Below are positions 9,692 to 17,548 of a DNA stretch of 18,937 bases, piece by piece. The DNA is taken from the IMG/VR virus record IMGVR_UViG_2713896790_000007; one strand, written 5' to 3'. Both the position numbers and the translations under genes were made by a program. Position 1 is the first letter of the stretch; each line of letters begins with the position of its first letter. The notes under the pieces were generated by a model. The model had not been told where the DNA came from, ran no database searches, and was given only the letters and a program-made list of their open reading frames with translations. Source of the stretch: a virus. Taxonomy: Duplodnaviria > Heunggongvirae > Uroviricota > Caudoviricetes.

Positions 9692-10024
9692 ATGTCTGTC
9701 ACAATTCAGGGAAATACCTCAACCGTTATTTCAAACAACTCCGCCCCGGAAGGAACATCAGAAATAGCCAAAATCACAAGACAAATTCAGGTGCTGACTG
9801 AAAAGCTTGGGAAAATCTCATCGTAAGAGGGGATGACGACACAGCAGAAAAAAGAAATGGCTGCATTGGTACAGAAGCAAATTGAAAGCCTCTGGGCTCA
9901 ACTGGAGCAGTTGTTAAGGCAGCAGGCAGAGAAAAAGAATGAAGACGCGACAGTTCAGCCTGATAAAAAAGAAGAGAAAAAAGACGATACAAATACCGCT
10001 GGCACCATTGATATTTACGTCTAA
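9692..10024 (+). pseudogene. flxA: flxA interrupted by an in-frame TAA at 9824-9826
   Basis: 44 codons from ATG 9692, then TAA, then GAG GGG ATG and a 63-aa ORF in the same frame; total span equals the 110-aa FlxA recalled from K-12. Confidence 0.75.
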
Positions 10025-10038
10025 GTGACAGCCGTATT

Positions 10039-10062
10039 GTGGCCCTCATCGGGCCACTTTTC
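10039..10062 (+). terminator. Rho-independent terminator after flxA
   Basis: gtggccc-tcatc-gggccac followed by ttttc. Confidence 0.65.
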
Positions 10063-10460
10063 GCCATCAGCCTTTTCTTTAAAGACATATTATCTTTGTA
10101 TCATTTCTGATAGTTAACATTACAAGATATAAGTAATGGACGCACTCCCAATTAGTCTATTTAAATCGCCACGAGTTTAACTGACAACCCATGATCAATT
10201 ATGAATTGCAACTATTTCTGTAGTCACTTTTGTGGGGACAGTCCACAAAACTGCCAACTTCCGCTTCTTGCTCTTAGCGGACATTAGCATAGGCTATTTA
10301 CCATAACGCCTCATTACGCGCACCGCCCAGACTGACTCAGCGCGTTTCTGGCATATCCCCGGTAAAACAAGTAACAAACCACCCGAAAATGAACACCAGA
10401 AACGCGACTTAAGAATCTACCCTATGAATGGATATGCACTCAACCGAATCGATCTTGGTT

Positions 10461-11774
10461 TCAATCTTTTTTATCGGGATCAGGCTTCTTTTTAGGTAAC
10501 TTCGGGGGCTTAACTTGCTGATGACTTTGCGTTCGGCGCGTAAGCCAGGGATGGTCAGCTTTAGGTTTAACATAGTATTTTGAGCGTAAATCAATACGGG
10601 CATTATCCACTCGTTCATGGACACTCTTTTCATCATCCAGTGGTATAGGCTCCGGGCCATCAACATACTTTTCCCAGCCCAGCGCTTTCCCGTCATACAG
10701 AACGTTAATTTCACCGTCAAAGTTCTCGCATACAGTAACAACCGAATGCCTAAGTCGATATCCCCGGCCCTCACTGCGTACCTGAAACGCACTGCTTTTG
10801 TACTGGAAAGTGAGATTTTTAGACAGAACGCGCTTCGCCTGTAGGCTGAAGATATAACCCAGTTCCTCTTCAGAATGGTGCACATCAAGATGAGCATTAT
10901 CAGTAGTACGAGGCGACGTAGCGAACCGGTTGTTATAGGCTTCAATAAAGGTCGGCAACCATGCATTTGCTGTTTCAATATCACTGATATTCTGAAGCCG
11001 CATTTCTTTGACCAGCCTGTCCTGTAGTGTCTGATTGGCGCGCTCTACCCGCCCTTTTGCCTGCGGGCTGTTGGCATGGATTGGCTCGATGCCCAGTGTC
11101 TTTATCGCACGAGTGAACTGGGTCAGCTCACCTTCCCGCTCTGGGTTATTTACCCTGAATATACTGTGTCTATCAGAGTAGAGAGCGAGCGGTACGCCAT
11201 GATCATTAAGGTAACCCCGGAGGGTTTCCATGTAAGCCCGGGTTGTTTCAGCAGGCACAAAACGCAACGCCATCAACGCACTGGTGGCATCATCAATGAA
11301 AACGATCAGTGTACATCTGGGGCCTCGATTTTCAAACCAGTCATGAGGTGAGCCATCAATCTGGATCAGTTCACCGTAAGATGGTCGTCGCATGCGGCGT
11401 TGATATATACGGGCAATTTTACGACGGCGTTCACGCCATAACCCCTCTTCTACCATCCACTTTCTGAGAGTTTCAACGGATAAAGATAAACCGTGTATCT
11501 CGCGCAATTTTTCGCACGCAAACGTAGGTCCAAAATCAGCGTAACGGCCTTTGAGGAGTGAAATTACTGTTGCTCTGAATTCAGTAGAAAAGGAATTATT
11601 AGGACGCTTTCCACGTCGGTGGGAAACCAGACCAGAAGGCCCTTCATTTCTATACCGTTGCACCAGACGTTTAACCTGCCGAATAGAAATGCCAATGCGT
11701 GCCGCAGCTTGTTCCTGAATAATCTGAAGTCGGTGGAGTTCCTTATGACTCATCGTAACAGTCTCTTTGATCAT
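10461..11774 (-). CDS. DDE (rve integrase-core) transposase with N-terminal HTH, 437 aa; IS481/ISNCY-like; element boundaries not resolved
   Basis: N-terminal HTH with ...GLVSHRRGKRPNN..., central ...ALYSDRHSIF... catalytic region, basic C-tail; inserted between flxA and the nin/replication block. Confidence 0.75.
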   Translation of the reverse strand: MIKETVTMSHKELHRLQIIQEQAAARIGISIRQVKRLVQRYRNEGPSGLVSHRRGKRPNNSFSTEFRATVISLLKGRYADFGPTFACEKLREIHGLSLSVETLRKWMVEEGLWRERRRKIARIYQRRMRRPSYGELIQIDGSPHDWFENRGPRCTLIVFIDDATSALMALRFVPAETTRAYMETLRGYLNDHGVPLALYSDRHSIFRVNNPEREGELTQFTRAIKTLGIEPIHANSPQAKGRVERANQTLQDRLVKEMRLQNISDIETANAWLPTFIEAYNNRFATSPRTTDNAHLDVHHSEEELGYIFSLQAKRVLSKNLTFQYKSSAFQVRSEGRGYRLRHSVVTVCENFDGEINVLYDGKALGWEKYVDGPEPIPLDDEKSVHERVDNARIDLRSKYYVKPKADHPWLTRRTQSHQQVKPPKLPKKKPDPDKKD

Positions 11775-12108
11775 GAAAAATCCCCCAGAGAATTGTCTGG
11801 GGACATTTTAGAATGGTTCAAAGGGGACATTACAGCTTGGTGTTAACAATAGCCTGCTTCTCCGTGCCTTTCGGCACGTAAGAGGCTAACCTACATGTGT
11901 CTAGCATGAAATTGGCCTCAGATTAATGTTAAGCGTCTTGCAGGACGCGTAATGTTAACTGGGGCTTTTCTCTATCTGCCGTTGGTGTCCATGCCCGAGG
12001 CAGATAGCCTCAAGCACCCGCAGTCATTCTACTTAACTAAGATTTCCCCGCAAACCGTTTTTGTCCAGCACAGTAAATATCCAACTAAACCAATGGAGTT
12101 CGCTGTAT

Positions 12109-12288
12109 TTACCGCCAGTATTCAATGCACATGACCGCCATGAACACCCCTAAAAAAAGGGCATTTATATATCCAAATATTAATATCAAAACATCAACTT
12201 TTTCCATATACCTTGCTGTGAAGATGATGGGCATACATGATGCGAACAACCAGAACGCAACAAACAAAAACTGCAATGCGTTTTTCAT
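12109..12288 (-). CDS. Small hydrophobic (2-TM) protein, 59 aa
   Basis: GGAGGAATA ATG (strong SD, 5-nt spacer); MKNALQFLFVAFWLFASCMPIIFTARYMEKVDVLILIFGYINALFLGVFMAVMCIEYWR in an AT-rich island. Confidence 0.45.
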   Translation of the reverse strand: MKNALQFLFVAFWLFASCMPIIFTARYMEKVDVLILIFGYINALFLGVFMAVMCIEYWR

Positions 12289-12542
12289 TATTCCTCCTAC
12301 AATCAATGTGCAATTACATTTAAACACACCTCAATTTGGCCGGACATATAAATATCTAAACCAGAAAAAATCACTTACATAGCGTTACAAACTCTTTAGT
12401 CTAAAGGTTCATCGTAAAACATTCCCCATACTTATCAGTCCGTTCCGCGCCAGGTAGCTCATTGCCTTATCTGGCAACCTGTAATCAGGTTTCCGCTTTT
12501 TCAGTTGGCTGGTCGTTTAACCGACATAGTTAATCCATTAAT

Positions 12543-12830
12543 CTAGTTGCCGGATGTTGGTGGATTTTCGCGTTTTAGTTGTTCATAAAAGTGCACAGCT
12601 TTAACCAGTTCTTCTGATGTAACTGGGACTGGTGAGGCAGTGAATAAGGCCTGAATTTGATAGTTCGGCCTGTCGTTACAATCCTCTTTTTTCGGTACAT
12701 ATTTCCAGTCACCAGACCACTACTTCCCCTGAAAGTCCGTAACGCCTTTTTTCACGTAGCGATATCGCCATGCCACTGGTTTTGCTTGCCCCGCCGTTTC
12801 ATGCCCTTCCTGATAATTAATCTCGCTCAT
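12543..12830 (-). pseudogene. Small prophage ORF (about 95 codons) with one in-frame TAG at 12722-12720
   Basis: MSEINYQEGH...DFQGK-TAG-WSGDWKYVPKK...PPTSGN; no in-frame start after the TAG; ATGA overlap with the upstream ORF. Confidence 0.4.
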
Positions 12831-13018
12831 TCATCGCCCCACTCATCACAATATGCTTCGACCGGAGTTTTTCCCGCTTCATAGTCATCACGCTAGGATT
12901 CGACATCAGCAGCACTTCCACCGCGTAACTCACCATAGTCCATTAATAGTTCATCCCGCTCTTCAAAACTGATGTTATATTTAGCTGAACAAAAATCAGC
13001 CACTTTGTTCTTCCTCAT
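12827..13018 (-). pseudogene. Small prophage ORF (about 63 codons) with one in-frame TAG at 12895-12893
   Basis: MRKNKVADFCSAKYNISFEERDELLMDYGELRGGSAADVES-TAG-RDDYEAGKTPVEAYCDEWGDE; no in-frame start after the TAG. Confidence 0.4.
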
Positions 13019-13440
13019 CGTCTTTTATTTCGTGGTATGAGTAATTGCAGTAGTTAAAGAAAATTTCTTATGCTCCGTCATGAATTTCCTCAGGTGTTGC
13101 GTCATCGTCCACTTCGAATACATCCTCAAAATCTCCACCAGCTATTCCCGTTTCAATAATAATTTTGAACTTTCGCATTTCACTACCGCCCTTTCGGGCG
13201 GCCTCCTGATGTTCTGAGGGTGCAGAAATCCATCCGGTTAAGGATTAAATTTTATTTACAGAACTGAATTTAATTATTCAGATATACGTATCTGTAGCCT
13301 TACGAATCTACTCACTGGATGCCTCTTTCATAAAAATAATCCAGTGGGTTTTATCGTTTTTTCCCTGTTCGTTGACAGATAACAGGTTTTCTGTCTGTCA
13401 GTGCCAGAATCTGGCTTACCGGTATTTGCGTTTCATTCCA

Positions 13441-13797
13441 TTAAAAAATCAGAACGCCGTGCGGCCTCAACACCCGAAAGGCTTCTTTAAATCTCTGTCG
13501 CGAATCATCACGCCAGGCATCTTTATTCAGCCGTCCATATTTCTTTCCCATCCAGGCGTTATCACCAACACTCTCAAGATGCGGAGGGTCTAATACAACC
13601 ATCGAAAAAGATGCGTCTGCAAATGATAATGCACGAAAATCTGCGATAATGTCAGGGCTGATAATCAAGCGTCTCCCATTGCGTAATGTGTATCCTTCTT
13701 TTCTGATATCGCTGAATATCGCCCGTTCGTCAGACTTATCGAACCAGAACATGCGGCTGCCACAGCACATATCAAGAATGGTTGCCGGTGCACTCAC
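13441..13797 (-). CDS. Short SAM-dependent methyltransferase-like protein, 118 aa (DPPH motif), possibly truncated
   Basis: GTG start overlapping the upstream stop (GTGA); motif I-like LDMCCGS and motif IV-like VVLDPPH; ends at TAA with 29 more in-frame sense codons before the next stop. Confidence 0.6.
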   Translation of the reverse strand: MSAPATILDMCCGSRMFWFDKSDERAIFSDIRKEGYTLRNGRRLIISPDIIADFRALSFADASFSMVVLDPPHLESVGDNAWMGKKYGRLNKDAWRDDSRQRFKEAFRVLRPHGVLIF

Positions 13798-14216
13798 TGC
13801 GCCACGTCCTGAAAATTACCCTGATAGAAAGCCAGTATGCGCTGCATAACTTCGCTCTTCCGGCACTCGCGACAGATTATGTTTAGGCGACTGTCGTAGC
13901 GACGTATTTCTCCGTCAGGTGATGACCAGATAAGGTCCGGATCAACCACAGCAGGTTTCTTCACCTTTGCCCTCGAGAGTTTTTTGCGGGCGTTTTGCCA
14001 GTCCTTACGCGCCTGTTCAGAGGGGAATAACCCGTAGCCGGAGTTGTATACATCGCCACTGGCTACCAGCTCTCTGGCAAGAACGCTCATCAGATATCTA
14101 GTCGCACCTGTTTTAGCTTCCAGTTGCCGTAACGTCTCACGGCCGCTCTGGCGCACGAGTTCCACCACCTGCCATTTAATTTTTTCCCGCTCTTCTTGTG
14201 TAAAAACTTTTGCCAC
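13794..14216 (-). CDS. Hypothetical prophage protein, 140 aa, possible winged-helix
   Basis: Clean ORF with start MAKVFTQEEREK...; translationally coupled to the methyltransferase. Confidence 0.65.
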   Translation of the reverse strand: MAKVFTQEEREKIKWQVVELVRQSGRETLRQLEAKTGATRYLMSVLARELVASGDVYNSGYGLFPSEQARKDWQNARKKLSRAKVKKPAVVDPDLIWSSPDGEIRRYDSRLNIICRECRKSEVMQRILAFYQGNFQDVAQ

Positions 14217-14256
14217 AAGTCCCCCTTAAAATTACCTCATGACCTGAAATCAACAC

Positions 14257-15222
14257 TTATCCTCTGAAACCAGGCGGAATTTCTGTATCCGGTTCAGAAA
14301 TATGATTAACACAACGCTGTACAGGTGAACGTCCCAGGCGGATGACCAGTTCGTCCCATTTTTCGCGGAGCTTTGACGGGCTCATGATGTTTTTGACCCA
14401 GAATGGATCTCGCTGAACCCGACCAAACATTTCGCAAATTTGTCTGTGGCTTCTGCCATCCAGCATCCGCATTGTGCGCACGTCATTGGCCCAGGCAGTC
14501 CAGTTAGGCTCTTTTGGTCGCATGATCTCGCCATCATCACTGGCTGCCTGTTCGTAGAGACCCACGATCCGCCCCCAGATCCACTGCGCACACGCCAAAT
14601 CCTCCCTGCTACCCCACTGGCGTTTTTTCGCACTAAACACAACCGCGTCGGAGTTCCGGGTTAAAAAATCCTGTTCAGTCGTCTGCGGGTCCGGTTGCGA
14701 AGCTTCCGGACGAAAAGTGTTTTTATTCTCTGTAGTAGTCTCTGTTGTATTCTCTGTAAGATCATCAGGCCATTTTGACCCGATGACATTGGGTCGTTTT
14801 GAACCAATGGAGCGTTTCATTTTGACCTCTTCCATCGTGTCATTTTGACCTGATGGAGCGGCGCATTTTGAACCGATGGATTCGCTCAATTTGCCACCAT
14901 CTAAAAGCTCGCTCCCATAGTTGATCGTGTAGAAATTGGTCATATCGCGCTTTGATTTATTGAGCTTTTCACAACGCAAAAGCCCCAGCGTTTTCAGACT
15001 TGCAAACGCGCGCTTTAACGTTGACTCTGACCAGAATGGGAACTGTTCCAGCCATTGTTCCGTTGTGTTATAAATCCAGCGAACACCATCACATTCCATG
15101 CCGGAGTTGGTATCTCTCAACCAGTAGTGCAGTTGTTGCAAAACAATGGCTTCGTTTAAGCCAATTTTCATTGCCAGCTGCGTGTTTATAACCAGTGGGC
15201 GTTCAGCAAAAAGAAGGCTCAT
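14257..15222 (-). CDS. Phage replication initiator (O-like replisome organiser) with internal origin iterons
   Basis: Start taken at ATG 15222 (SD GGATGG; MSLLFAERPLV...) rather than the TTG at 15276; the central repeated IGSK peptide motifs correspond to the DNA iterons. Confidence 0.75.
   Translation of the reverse strand: MSLLFAERPLVINTQLAMKIGLNEAIVLQQLHYWLRDTNSGMECDGVRWIYNTTEQWLEQFPFWSESTLKRAFASLKTLGLLRCEKLNKSKRDMTNFYTINYGSELLDGGKLSESIGSKCAAPSGQNDTMEEVKMKRSIGSKRPNVIGSKWPDDLTENTTETTTENKNTFRPEASQPDPQTTEQDFLTRNSDAVVFSAKKRQWGSREDLACAQWIWGRIVGLYEQAASDDGEIMRPKEPNWTAWANDVRTMRMLDGRSHRQICEMFGRVQRDPFWVKNIMSPSKLREKWDELVIRLGRSPVQRCVNHISEPDTEIPPGFRG
14771..14900. repeat. Replication-origin iterons, about six copies at a 23-24 bp period
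   Basis: CATTTTGA(C/A)C-N-GATGG copies starting near 14771, 14795, 14818, 14841, 14864 and 14888, flanked by an AT-rich tract at about 14735-14770. Confidence 0.7.
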
Positions 15223-15724
15223 AATTCCATCCAGCTTTTTGTTGGTATTGCTGTCGATACGCAAGTTTGAAAGCAATTGCTTTTTCTATAAGTTCGTCAG
15301 TTTCACGATCCACTACGGCAGGATCAGCAAAAAGCAGTCCGGACTCCACCACATCGCCATATTCTTTGTTTAACCCGGCGATCATGCACGTGATGCTTTT
15401 TCCGTCAGTAATTTCACGATACAACCTGAAATCATTAATCCGGATAGCCTCCATAATTGCAGGCACTAGCGCCGTGAACTTTTCACGCTTATCCCTGGTG
15501 TCGATAGCCTTCCAGCGTTCAAATATCTTCACTCGATTAACGCCAAGCGCTCGCTGATCAATCGCGCCACCTTCATATGTGACACGCTGAACATCGATGT
15601 TCGGGCGCTCTTTCAAAGCCCAGAATGCTTCAGTGATTAATATCGTCGCCTGCTCCTGTGTCATTCCTGGTCGACATATCCAGGCATCCAGAGCCTCACG
15701 AGCCTGTTCAGGAGTGATTTTCAT
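15203..15724 (-). CDS. YdaT-like (CII-position) prophage regulatory protein, 173 aa
   Basis: Gene directly downstream of the cro-like dicC; family resemblance to YdaT is from memory; 3' end overlaps the replication gene by 20 nt. Confidence 0.5.
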   Translation of the reverse strand: MKITPEQAREALDAWICRPGMTQEQATILITEAFWALKERPNIDVQRVTYEGGAIDQRALGVNRVKIFERWKAIDTRDKREKFTALVPAIMEAIRINDFRLYREITDGKSITCMIAGLNKEYGDVVESGLLFADPAVVDRETDELIEKAIAFKLAYRQQYQQKAGWNYEPSFC

Positions 15725-15938
15725 TGTTCAACCGCCCCGCCCGCTTCGTCTTACGATATTCATCATAAACTTTGGGATCATACTGAAGCTCCCCGCCAGA
15801 TGCCTCCTGTAGACGCATCGCGCGACCTTCGGGAACTAAATCCCCTTTCCAGCTATAAAGCGAAGCCAAACGAATACCTGCTGCTTGTGCAAGTTTTGTT
15901 TTTGAACCGAAATACAAAAGAGCGTCAGTTTTAAGCAT
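15708..15938 (-). CDS. dicC: DicC, Cro-like repressor, 76 aa
   Basis: MLKTDALLYFGSKTKLAQAAGIRLASLYSW... divergent from dicA. Confidence 0.9.
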   Translation of the reverse strand: MLKTDALLYFGSKTKLAQAAGIRLASLYSWKGDLVPEGRAMRLQEASGGELQYDPKVYDEYRKTKRAGRLNNENHS

Positions 15939-15952
15939 TTAAAACACCTTTA

Positions 15953-16019
15953 TTGTTAGCCATAACTAACAAGATAGATGTTAACAAAAACATAGTCAAT
16001 ACGATTTAGCATTAGCTAA
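15953..16019. promoter_or_regulatory. dicA-dicC divergent promoter region with operator palindromes
   Basis: TTGTTAGccataaCTAACAA (15953-15972), ATGTTaacaaAAACAT (15978-15993) and TTAGCattaGCTAA (16006-16019). Confidence 0.6.
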
Positions 16020-16021
16020 CT

Positions 16022-16429
16022 ATGGAAACAAAAAATTTAACTATCGGCGAACGCATCAGGTATCGTCGGAAAAACCTCAAACACACCCAAAGGTCTCTTG
16101 CTAAAGCCCTGAAAATCTCCCATGTGTCTGTATCACAATGGGAACGGGGTGATAGTGAACCTACAGGGAAGAACCTTTTTGCCCTCAGCAAAGTATTGCA
16201 ATGCTCACCAACATGGATTCTATTTGGCGATGAAGACAAGCAACCAACACCACCTGTTGAGAAGCCAGTTGCCTTATCCCCCAAAGAACTAGAGCTCCTT
16301 GAGCTGTTTAATGCACTGCCAGAATCAGAACAGGATACCCAGCTCGCCGAAATGCGAGCTCGAGTAAAAAACTTCAATAAACTCTTTGAAGAATTACTAA
16401 AAGCCCGTCAGCGGACAAATAAAAGATAA
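16022..16429 (+). CDS. dicA: DicA, HTH (CI/C2-like) repressor, 135 aa
   Basis: METKNLTIGERIRYRRKNLKHTQRSLAKALKISHVSVSQWERG... XRE-type HTH. Confidence 0.95.
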   Translation: METKNLTIGERIRYRRKNLKHTQRSLAKALKISHVSVSQWERGDSEPTGKNLFALSKVLQCSPTWILFGDEDKQPTPPVEKPVALSPKELELLELFNALPESEQDTQLAEMRARVKNFNKLFEELLKARQRTNKR

Positions 16430-16595
16430 CATCATCAATGAGTTATCTTTTACCACATCAATTATGTTAGCTATAGCATACAAAATCACTTGACCGATAT
16501 GTTAGTCATGGCTAATCTTGTTTGCATCAACACACCGCACGGTGTTCTCAGCAAACAGTTCCGCTACCCCAGCGTTAAGGGGAAATGAGGTCAGC

Positions 16596-16735
16596 ATGGA
16601 TACTATCGATCTTGGCAACAACGAATCTCTGGTGTACGGCGTGTTTCCAAACCAGGACGGCACGTTCACCGCAATGACGTATACCAAAAGCAAAACGTTT
16701 AAAACCGAAAATGGTGCCCGTCGCTGGCTGGAAAG
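16596..16735 (+). CDS. ydfA: YdfA-like small protein, 3' end lost in the assembly gap
   Basis: GAGG SD then MDTIDLGNNESLVYGVFPNQDGTFTAMTYTKSKTFKTENGARRWLE, running into the N-run. Confidence 0.7.
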
Positions 16736-16785
16736 NNNNNNNNNNNNNNNNNNNNNNNNNNNNNNNNNNNNNNNNNNNNNNNNNN
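16736..16785. other. Assembly gap, 50 N
   Basis: Run of n; expected to hide the ydfA 3' end, ydfB and the ydfC 5' end. Confidence 0.95.
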
Positions 16786-16786
16786 C

Positions 16787-16981
16787 ATCGCGCCAGACTA
16801 TACCGATGATGAACTTTATGAGTGGATGCGCCAGAAAATTAATGCAGCGCAGGATCTGAAATGGGCTAATGAAGCCAGGGCTAAGCAGGCTGAAAATCTG
16901 TCCGCTCTGGAGCAGGATATCACCAATCTGGAAAAAGCAGCGGCATTAAGCATTGCCAGAATGATTACATACCCGCGTTAG
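16787..16981 (+). CDS. ydfC: YdfC-like protein, 5'-truncated by the gap (64 codons visible)
   Basis: In-frame from the gap edge: IAPDYTDDELYEWMRQKINAAQDLKWANEARAKQAENLSALEQDITNLEKAAALSIARMITYPR*. Confidence 0.65.
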   Translation: MAPDYTDDELYEWMRQKINAAQDLKWANEARAKQAENLSALEQDITNLEKAAALSIARMITYPR

Positions 16982-17321
16982 TAGCTAATCAACAAAGCTA
17001 AGGTTAGTAATTAAGGAGTTCTCCACGGGTGAGGTGGAGTGCGTGCGCCGGACACGGGTGCGCATCCGGAACTGACAGTTTACTGAAAGGATATTTCCCT
17101 GAAAAGTCAGACCATAACGCGAAAGCGCACGGCGAGGTAGCTGGTTCATAGATAGCCTGTCGTTAAATTTTCGTCGACCGTGCGCTTCCGGTTGTGGCAA
17201 CCCGCGAAATGGCGCGGCGGTAAGTATGGCGGGGTTATTCCTTCCCCGTTGAGGACACCGGGTTGTCAGGTTGACCATACGCTTAAGTGACAACCCCGCT
17301 GCAACGCCCTCTGTTATCAAT

Positions 17322-17379
17322 TTTCTGGTGACGTTTGGCGGTATCAGTTTTACTCCGTGACTGCTCTGCCGCCCTTTTT
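17322..17379 (+). ncRNA. dicF: DicF small RNA (ftsZ-targeting)
   Basis: TTTCTGGTGACGTTTGGCGGTATCAGTTTTACTCCGTGACTGCTCTGCCGCCCTTTTT matches the DicF sequence recalled from K-12, including the terminator stem and U-tail. Confidence 0.85.
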
Positions 17380-17548
17380 AAAGTGAATTTTGTGATGTGG
17401 TGAATGCGGCTGAGCGCACGCGGAACAGTTAAAACCAAAAACAGTGTTATGGGTGGATTCTCTGTATCCGGCGTTAATTGTTAACTGGTTAACGTCACCT
17501 GGAGGCACCAGGCACTGCATCACAAAATTCATTGTTGAGGACGCGATA

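Noticed and set aside
9439-9801. ORFs 9439..9660 (minus) and 9508..9801 (plus) across the flxA promoter and 5' region, and 9774..10088 (minus) antisense to flxA.
   Set aside because: They overlap the sigma-28 promoter and the flxA frame; no SD; judged spurious.
10409-11351. ORFs 10409..10984 (minus), 10617..10844 (plus) and 11076..11351 (plus) inside the transposase gene; 11619..11846 (plus) across its start.
   Set aside because: Alternative frames of the 437-aa transposase ORF, which has clear HTH and DDE-domain character.
11952-12884. Plus-strand ORFs 11952..12134, 12125..12382 and 12657..12884.
   Set aside because: No SD and low-complexity products; the minus strand carries the SD-driven membrane-protein gene and the coupled ORF C/D pair.
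12543-13018. Idea that the in-frame TAG codons reflect programmed stop-codon recoding or an alternative genetic code.
   Set aside because: The other genes in the window end at ordinary TAA, TGA or TAG stops and flxA is interrupted by TAA, so decay (or sequencing error) is far more parsimonious.
13372-14664. Plus-strand ORFs 13372..13593, 13649..13849, 14044..14229, 14440..14664 and the minus-strand ORF 14382..14642.
   Set aside because: They overlap the methyltransferase, the 140-aa gene or the replication gene in other frames.
15000-15812. Plus-strand ORFs 15000..15191, 15146..15373, 15267..15557 and 15597..15812.
   Set aside because: Antisense to the replication, YdaT-like and dicC genes; Ser/Thr-rich low-complexity translations.
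16012-16377. 121-aa minus-strand ORF antisense to dicA.
   Set aside because: Mirror ORF of the well-supported dicA gene.
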